From the NCBI GenBank assembly GCA_024644655.1, contig JAHEHJ010000009.1, forward strand, positions 6,098 to 70,097: a DNA stretch of 64,000 nucleotides, in the 5' to 3' direction. Numbering within the stretch: position 1 is the stretch's first letter; each line of letters begins with the position of its first letter. Under the pieces are notes generated by a model, which was given only the letters and a program-made list of their open reading frames with translations, was not told the origin of the DNA and did not search any database. Below, one piece after another: positions 57,495 through 64,000 of this stretch. This DNA is from Flavobacterium sp. (GTDB taxonomy: Bacteria; Bacteroidota; Bacteroidia; Flavobacteriales; Flavobacteriaceae). The position numbers were made by a program, and so were the translations under genes.

Positions 57495-59549
57495 TTACCA
57501 AATTTTCACTTGTTTATCGGGAGTCAAATACATTCCGTCACCTGGTTTGATATCAAATGCTTTTTGGAATGTGTCTAAATTTAATAAAGGCACATACGCT
57601 CTAAACATTCCTGGTGAGTGTGGATCTGTTTTAACTTGATTCTTAATTGCTTCATCACGCATTTTACTTCTCCAAATGGTAGCCCAAGAAATAAACAAAC
57701 GTTGTTCTGGTGTGTATCCATCTATAAGTCCTGGATTTCCATTTTCTTTTAAATACAATTGTAATCCATCATATGCTGCATTAATACCACCTAAGTCACC
57801 AATATTTTCTCCTAAAGTAAATTTACCATCCACATGAATTCCAGGTAACGGTTCTAGTGCTGAATATTGATCGGCTAAAGCTGTTCCCAAAGCTGTAAAC
57901 TGCGTTAAATCACCTTCAGTCCACCAATCCACTAAATTACCTTCCGCATTATAACGGGCACCTTCATCATCAAATCCATGAGAGATTTCATGACCTATTA
58001 CAGCTCCTATACCGCCATAATTAACAGCTTCATCTGCTTGATAGTTGTAAAATGGAGGTTGTAAAATAGCCGCTGGGAATACAATTTCGTTATATGAAGG
58101 ATTGTAGTACGCATTTACCGTTTGAGGAGACATACCCCATTCTGTTTTATCTACAGGTTTACCTAATTTAGCTAAATCTTTATTCCAATTCCATTGAGAT
58201 GCATTTTTGATGTTATCAAAGTAAGTTCCTCCCTCTTCTGGACTTTTAACTACTAATGCGGAGTAATCTTCCCATTTGTCTGGGTATCCAATTTTAATGG
58301 TTAATTTATTTAGCTTTTCAATTGCTTTCTTCTTAGTTTCAGCAGACATCCACGTAAGATTATTGATTCTGATTTCGTAAGCACGAATCACATTTTTAAT
58401 CATGTTATACGCTTTTGCTTTCGCTTCAGCTGGAAACATTTTTTCTACATATAATTTACCTAAAGCTTCACCTACCGTTCCGTTTACTACTTGAAGTGCT
58501 TTTTCATGACGTGGTCTTTGTTTTAAAGCCCCTGTTAACGTTTTGCCATAAAATTCCCAGTTGGCAGTTTCAATATTAGTAGATAATTGACTTGCTGAAC
58601 TTCTCAAAAGCATCCATCTCATGTAAGCTTTCCAGTCTTCCACTTTATTTTCTGTAAAGATGGTTTGAAGTGCTTTCATGTATCTTGGTTGAGAAACGAT
58701 AATCGTATCCAATTTGGCAAACCCAACTCCTTTCAAATAAGTGTCCCATTTGATGATTGGAAGCATTTGTTGCAAATCTGAAATTGCAGTAGGATTGTAT
58801 TGCTTTCTAGCATCTCTTCGTTCTACTCTGTCTAGTCTTGGCTGAGACATTTGGATTTCTAAGGCAAGGATTTTATCCGCATCCGTTTTGGATTGTGCTG
58901 GTGTTTCTCCTAGAAACTGCAACATCTTGGCCACATGCAATGCATATTTTTCTCGTTTTTCTTTTGAATCTTTATCTTCTGACACATAATAATCTCTATC
59001 AGGCAATCCTAATCCACCAGGACCAACACTAACGACATTGCGATTACTGTCTTTATCATCCGGACCTATTCCAACTCCAAAAAAGCCAACTCCACCACCT
59101 ATAGCTTCTTCTTGCATCATTAATTTTTGCAAATCTTGGATGTTTTTAACCGCATTAATTTTAGCCAAATAGGGTTTTAATGGAGCAATTCCTTGTTTGT
59201 TTCGTGCCACAGTATCCATGGCTGATTTATACATATTAATAGCCTTCCCTTGGTCGGTATTGGATTTGTATTTTGGATTATTAGTCGCTTCTTTTAGAAT
59301 AGCAAGTGCATCTTTATCCGTATTTTGACGCAATTCATCAAAGCTTCCCCAACGTGTTTTATCAGCAGGTATTTCAGTATTTTTCAACCAAGTACCATTA
59401 ACAAAATTAAAGAAGTCATTTTTAGGACTAATGGTTTTGTCCATTAAAGAAGTATTGATACCTGGTGTTTTTTGCTGAGCATTTACTTGAGTAAACCCGG
59501 CTAATACCATTGCAGTCAACACAGATTTTGAGATAATATTTATCTTCAT
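57495..59549 (-). CDS. M13-family (neprilysin/PepO) metallopeptidase
   Basis: VNAYY, HEISH, GENIGD, DPHSP. Confidence 0.95.
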   Translation of the reverse strand: MKINIISKSVLTAMVLAGFTQVNAQQKTPGINTSLMDKTISPKNDFFNFVNGTWLKNTEIPADKTRWGSFDELRQNTDKDALAILKEATNNPKYKSNTDQGKAINMYKSAMDTVARNKQGIAPLKPYLAKINAVKNIQDLQKLMMQEEAIGGGVGFFGVGIGPDDKDSNRNVVSVGPGGLGLPDRDYYVSEDKDSKEKREKYALHVAKMLQFLGETPAQSKTDADKILALEIQMSQPRLDRVERRDARKQYNPTAISDLQQMLPIIKWDTYLKGVGFAKLDTIIVSQPRYMKALQTIFTENKVEDWKAYMRWMLLRSSASQLSTNIETANWEFYGKTLTGALKQRPRHEKALQVVNGTVGEALGKLYVEKMFPAEAKAKAYNMIKNVIRAYEIRINNLTWMSAETKKKAIEKLNKLTIKIGYPDKWEDYSALVVKSPEEGGTYFDNIKNASQWNWNKDLAKLGKPVDKTEWGMSPQTVNAYYNPSYNEIVFPAAILQPPFYNYQADEAVNYGGIGAVIGHEISHGFDDEGARYNAEGNLVDWWTEGDLTQFTALGTALADQYSALEPLPGIHVDGKFTLGENIGDLGGINAAYDGLQLYLKENGNPGLIDGYTPEQRLFISWATIWRSKMRDEAIKNQVKTDPHSPGMFRAYVPLLNLDTFQKAFDIKPGDGMYLTPDKQVKIW

Positions 59550-59689
59550 AATTGGTTTAGTTATTTGTTAGTTGTCACAAATTTATTGATTCTAATGAAA
59601 GAAATAGTTTTTTAACAAAAATATAAGTCTTGATTTGACTGCAAATGTTACAAACGACAAATTGCTTTTGTATTTTTGCCAAAAAAACA

Positions 59690-60367
59690 ATGCTTAATTT
59701 TATTAAGAAATACAAAATTTTCTTTGGAACATTTATCGTGTTTTCTATACTAACCATCACGTTATTTTACAATGCGTTAAAGCCAGCCAAAACGCTGCCT
59801 ATTTACAATCCTGCAGATGTTAACCCAGAATTGGTTGACAGTACTGTTCAGTATATTCAAAAGCACCATACCATAGCTGATTTTTCATTTACCAATCAAA
59901 ATGGGAAAACCATTACTCAAAAAGAGTATGAAGGTAAAATATATGTAGCTGATTTTTTCTTTACTACCTGTGGTTCTATTTGCCCAATCATGACAAACAA
60001 TATGATAGCGGTTCAGCAAGCCTTTTTACACAATCCTAGTGTAATGATCTTATCCCATTCGGTAACTCCCGAACAAGACAGTGTGTCTGTGTTAAAAAAA
60101 TACGCCCTAAAAAAAGGAGTAATAGATAGTAAATGGAATTTAGTCACAGGTGATAAAAAAGAAATCTATCGCATGGCGCGTAAATCATATTTGGCCGTCA
60201 AACAGGGCAAACCCTCCGAGCTATATGACATGGTGCATACAGAGAATTTTGTGTTAGTTGATGCCAAAAAACGTGTCAGGGGATTTTATGATGGCACTAA
60301 AAAAGAAGAGGTTCAAAAACTAATTGAAGACATCAACTGGTTACTCGAAAACGAGAAAAAAGAGTAA
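59690..60367 (+). CDS. SCO/SenC-family copper chaperone
   Basis: FFFTTCGSICP (CxxxC), VHTENFVLVD; TATTTTTG at 59671 supports ATG 59690. Confidence 0.92.
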   Translation: MLNFIKKYKIFFGTFIVFSILTITLFYNALKPAKTLPIYNPADVNPELVDSTVQYIQKHHTIADFSFTNQNGKTITQKEYEGKIYVADFFFTTCGSICPIMTNNMIAVQQAFLHNPSVMILSHSVTPEQDSVSVLKKYALKKGVIDSKWNLVTGDKKEIYRMARKSYLAVKQGKPSELYDMVHTENFVLVDAKKRVRGFYDGTKKEEVQKLIEDINWLLENEKKE

Positions 60368-60369
60368 AC

Positions 60370-60411
60370 TGATAATTATCATTTAAAGTTCTGGATTTAT
60401 CGTTACTTTTG
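60370..60411 (+). promoter_or_regulatory. feoA promoter with a TGAT-N4-ATCA palindrome
   Basis: TGATAATTATCA (60370-60381) and TACTTTTG (60404-60411). Confidence 0.5.
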
Positions 60412-60437
60412 TAATCTTAATTCAATCTAAATAAGCA

Positions 60438-60674
60438 TTGAAAACTACAGTTGATTTATTACAAATAGGCGATAAGGCTATAATTACCCATATTGATTTG
60501 GATAAAATTCCGTTGAAGTTATTAGAAATGGGCTGTTTGCCTGATAACGAATTGGAAGTTATTCAAATTGCCCCTTTAGGAGATCCTATTTATTTGAATG
60601 TAAATAATGGTTCTCATATTGCCATTCGGAAAGAAATGGCACATGAAATTGAGGTTGAACTTCATCAGAAATAA
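60438..60674 (+). CDS. feoA: ferrous iron transport protein A
   Basis: KLLEMGCLP, APLGDP, IAIRK. Confidence 0.93.
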   Translation: MKTTVDLLQIGDKAIITHIDLDKIPLKLLEMGCLPDNELEVIQIAPLGDPIYLNVNNGSHIAIRKEMAHEIEVELHQK

Positions 60675-60680
60675 TAGAAA

Positions 60681-62789
60681 ATGAGTTTACAACACATTAC
60701 TGTCGCACTCATTGGAAATCCAAATACTGGAAAAACATCCGTTTTTAATCAGCTCACAGGATTGAATCAACAAGTGGGAAATTATCCAGGTATTACAGTG
60801 GAGAAAAAGTTAGGATTTTGCAAATTACCTAATAATATCAAAGCGAATATACTAGATTTACCTGGCACCTATAGTTTAAATGCCAGTTCAATTGATGAAA
60901 ACGTTGTCATTGAATTATTGTTAAATAAAAATGACAAGCTCTATCCGGATGTTATTGTAGTAGTAACAGATGTTGAAAATTTAAAACGAAATTTACTTCT
61001 TTTTACCCAAATAAAAGACTTAGAAATCCCTACCATTTTGGTTGTTAATATGACCGACCGAATGAAATTAAAAGGAATTTCACTTGACGTACCCTATTTG
61101 GAAGCACAACTTAACACTAAAATTGTATTAGTAAGTACTCGAAAAAACATAGGGATTGAAGAATTGAAAAACCAAATTGTAGAGTATAAGTCGTTGTCAA
61201 CCGAACCTTGTTTGAATGCCTCTAAAATTGATGTAGAATACTTCGAAAAACTTCAAAAGACCTTTCCTAATCAGTTGCTTTACAAATTGTGGTTAGTTAT
61301 TACTCACGACGTTAACTTTTTAAATTTAGAGCGTAACGAAGTGGAAAGTAGCATGACAAAATCACATACTGATTTAAAACGACTGCAGCAAAAAGAAACA
61401 ATTAAGCGGTATCAATTTATAAATGATATTCTAAAAATTGGCCAAAATATTGATCATTCACAAGCTCATGATTTGCGTTCCAAATTAGACCGAGTATTGA
61501 CTCATAAAATCTTTGGCTACGCTATTTTCTTTGGGATTTTGTTTATTATTTTCCAATCCATTTTCGATTGGTCGAGTGTGCCAATGGAATTTATTGACCG
61601 TTCATTTGCAAATTTGGCGAATTACACCAAAAACCACATGCAAGCAGGTGAATTTACCGATTTACTCAGCGAGGGTATCATCCCAGGAATTGGAGGTATT
61701 GTGATTTTTATTCCTCAAATCGCATTTCTTTTCTTGTTTATATCGGTATTAGAAGAAAGTGGCTATATGAGTCGCGTAGTTTTTTTAATGGATAAAATCA
61801 TGCGCCGTTTTGGCCTATCTGGGAAAAGTATAGTACCATTAATATCTGGGACTGCTTGTGCAATACCTGCAATTATGGGTGCACGAAACATTGAAAATTG
61901 GAAAGAACGATTAATTACTATATTGGTTACTCCCTTTATTACTTGTTCAGCACGTTTACCTGTATATGCTATTTTAATTTCATTGATAATCCCCGAAAAA
62001 AGACTATTTGGACTATTAAGTTTACAGGGAACAACATTAATGATTTTGTATTTATTAGGTTTTGGGATGGCTATATTGTCGGCCTATATTTTGAATAAAA
62101 TATTAATCTTGAAGTCCAAATCGTATTTTGTTGTGGAAATGCCCAATTACAAATTGCCTTTATTGAAGAATGTTGGAATTAATGTATTAGAGAAAACCAA
62201 ATCATTTGTAACTGGTGCCGGAAAAATAATCCTAGCCTTATCTATTATTTTGTGGTTTTTAGGCTCACACGGACCCGGAAAAGACTTTAAGGATGCTGAT
62301 AAGATTATAGCACAACAAACTCTAAAAGAGAACAGAACTCATGATGCACAATATGTTCAAGACGAAATAAGTTCCTATAAATTAGAGCATTCTTACATTG
62401 GTTTAATTGGAAAATCTATCGAACCTGTAATAAAACCTTTGGGTTATGATTGGAAAATTGGGATTGCTGTAGTTAGTTCGTTTGCTGCTCGCGAAGTTTT
62501 TGTAGGAACATTAGCTACTATCTATAGTGTTGGAAGTCATAACAATGAAGAAACTACCATTAAAAAAAGAATGGAAAGTGAAGTTTATGAATCAACTGGA
62601 GGAAAAGTTTTCAATTTTGCTACTGGTGTGTCTTTACTGCTTTTTTATGCTTTTGCCATGCAATGTGTAAGCACCTTAGCTATTGTAAAAAAAGAAACCA
62701 ATTCTTGGAAATGGCCTGTTATTCAATTATTCTTTATGAGCGGTTTTGCCTATTTAACTGCGCTGGTAGCGTATCAAATTTTGAAATAA
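60681..62789 (+). CDS. feoB: ferrous iron transport protein B
   Basis: GNPNTGKT, GNYPGITVE, DLPGTYSL, LEESGYM.R, CSARLP, AREVFV. Confidence 0.97.
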   Translation: MSLQHITVALIGNPNTGKTSVFNQLTGLNQQVGNYPGITVEKKLGFCKLPNNIKANILDLPGTYSLNASSIDENVVIELLLNKNDKLYPDVIVVVTDVENLKRNLLLFTQIKDLEIPTILVVNMTDRMKLKGISLDVPYLEAQLNTKIVLVSTRKNIGIEELKNQIVEYKSLSTEPCLNASKIDVEYFEKLQKTFPNQLLYKLWLVITHDVNFLNLERNEVESSMTKSHTDLKRLQQKETIKRYQFINDILKIGQNIDHSQAHDLRSKLDRVLTHKIFGYAIFFGILFIIFQSIFDWSSVPMEFIDRSFANLANYTKNHMQAGEFTDLLSEGIIPGIGGIVIFIPQIAFLFLFISVLEESGYMSRVVFLMDKIMRRFGLSGKSIVPLISGTACAIPAIMGARNIENWKERLITILVTPFITCSARLPVYAILISLIIPEKRLFGLLSLQGTTLMILYLLGFGMAILSAYILNKILILKSKSYFVVEMPNYKLPLLKNVGINVLEKTKSFVTGAGKIILALSIILWFLGSHGPGKDFKDADKIIAQQTLKENRTHDAQYVQDEISSYKLEHSYIGLIGKSIEPVIKPLGYDWKIGIAVVSSFAAREVFVGTLATIYSVGSHNNEETTIKKRMESEVYESTGGKVFNFATGVSLLLFYAFAMQCVSTLAIVKKETNSWKWPVIQLFFMSGFAYLTALVAYQILK

Positions 62790-62915
62790 ATGAACTTTCA
62801 AGAAATACTAGTATATATTGCACTTGGTATTGCTATTGGATTTTTAATCCAAAAATTAATTGGTAAAAAGAATTCAAAAAAAGGATGTGACAAAGACGAT
62901 TGTGCTTGTCATTAA
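62790..62915 (+). CDS. FeoB-associated Cys-rich small membrane protein (41 aa, not in ORF track)
   Basis: MNFQEILVYIALGIAIGFLIQKLIGKKNSKKGCDKDDCACH; ATG directly follows the feoB stop. Confidence 0.85.
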   Translation: MNFQEILVYIALGIAIGFLIQKLIGKKNSKKGCDKDDCACH

Positions 62916-64000
62916 TTTTTAACTAAGAATAAAGGAATTTTAATACGGTGTCTCACAGTATCTACAGTTGTTCCAAATAACAAATCTTTGATTCCAGTAT
63001 GACCATGAGTTCCCATAATTAAGAAATCATAATCACCTTCATTTATCAATTTTGGAATAATTTTACCAGGTTTGCCAAAACCTAATTTTGTTTCCACATT
63101 AAAACCTTGTTGTACTAACATCGTATAATATTCAAACAATAATTTTTCATCTATAGTCGTTTCATGATCACTGATGTCATTTCCATACATCATAGCTCCA
63201 ACAGTTTCAACAACATGGATTAGTGTATATTTCCCTTCACGACCCCCTAAATCCAAAGCATGTGAAATGGCTTTATTATCAGCTTCAGAAAAATCAACCG
63301 ATATGGCAATATTTTTCTTTTTATACTTTTTATAATCTTCTATTTTCAAGGTTAATGTATGCGGTGAATGATTGTCAATTTCTTTTTTTACTTTGACGAC
63401 AAATGGTTCAAATATGATGTACAATAGCAGCAGCAAAAACCCAATGGCAATAGGAATAACTGTACACCAAATAACCAATGGATTAGAACTTGATTCGAGC
63501 CAGCCATTAATTTCATCAAATACTAATTTGGCATTTAAGCTTACAATAATGGCCGCAATGGTCCATGAGGCAATTTGTGTCGTTCTACTGATATGAAAGC
63601 CTTTCATTTTGGTTTTATCACTCACAAAATGAATCAAAGGAATTATGGCAAATCCTAATTGCAAGCTTAAAATCACTTGACTTAATATCAACAATTTTCC
63701 AGTAACACTTTCTCCAAAATACAATATAGCCACTACAGCCGGTACTATAGCAATCAATCGGGTTAAAATTCTACGTACCCAGGGTTGTATCCTTAAATTC
63801 AAATACCCTTCCATGATAATTTGTCCTGCCAACGTTCCTGTAATTGTAGAACTTTGTCCCGCAGCAATTAATGCAACAGCAAATAATATTGGTGCCCATG
63901 AAGTTCCCAATAGAGGAGCCAACAATTGGTGTGCATCTTGAATTTCGGCCACTTCAAACATTCCATTTTTATAAAATGTAGCCGCTGCCAAAATCAATAT
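62912..64000 (-). CDS. mntH: Nramp-family divalent metal transporter with C-terminal USP domain (5' part outside the window)
   Basis: AGQSSTITGTLAGQIIMEG, SQVILS; C-terminal VDFS...IMGTHGHTGIKDLLFGTT. Confidence 0.92.
   Translation of the reverse strand: MLILAAATFYKNGMFEVAEIQDAHQLLAPLLGTSWAPILFAVALIAAGQSSTITGTLAGQIIMEGYLNLRIQPWVRRILTRLIAIVPAVVAILYFGESVTGKLLILSQVILSLQLGFAIIPLIHFVSDKTKMKGFHISRTTQIASWTIAAIIVSLNAKLVFDEINGWLESSSNPLVIWCTVIPIAIGFLLLLLYIIFEPFVVKVKKEIDNHSPHTLTLKIEDYKKYKKKNIAISVDFSEADNKAISHALDLGGREGKYTLIHVVETVGAMMYGNDISDHETTIDEKLLFEYYTMLVQQGFNVETKLGFGKPGKIIPKLINEGDYDFLIMGTHGHTGIKDLLFGTTVDTVRHRIKIPLFLVKN

Overview
AT-rich, gene-dense chromosomal segment of a Bacteroidota bacterium, most likely Flavobacterium (TAnnTTTG promoters, T9SS cargo proteins, typical gene neighbourhoods). 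Most of it is housekeeping: glmS, panCD, radA, xth, mfd, metG, ssb, amt, feoAB, mntH and several peptidases. No tRNA, rRNA, CRISPR array or transposase was seen. The main point of interest is an apparent low-oxygen/nitrogen-oxide module at about 19.1-27.1 kb. It contains nadA-nadB, a RIC-type di-iron protein, and a class III ribonucleotide reductase split so that its glycyl-radical domain is a separate 56-aa gene, followed by nrdG. Converging on these is a NorC/NorB-like pair whose catalytic subunit lacks canonical FeB ligands and has Met in place of a heme-b His. An identical 16-bp FNR-like site precedes both converging operons. Other unexplained signals are a nine-unit 11-bp phased array, a candidate DUF805 RNA motif, 10-bp tandem repeats between ssb and a Zn-ribbon gene, and a cluster of secreted proteins that includes a 2145-aa repeat adhesin. 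All family calls are from motif recognition; no database searches were run.
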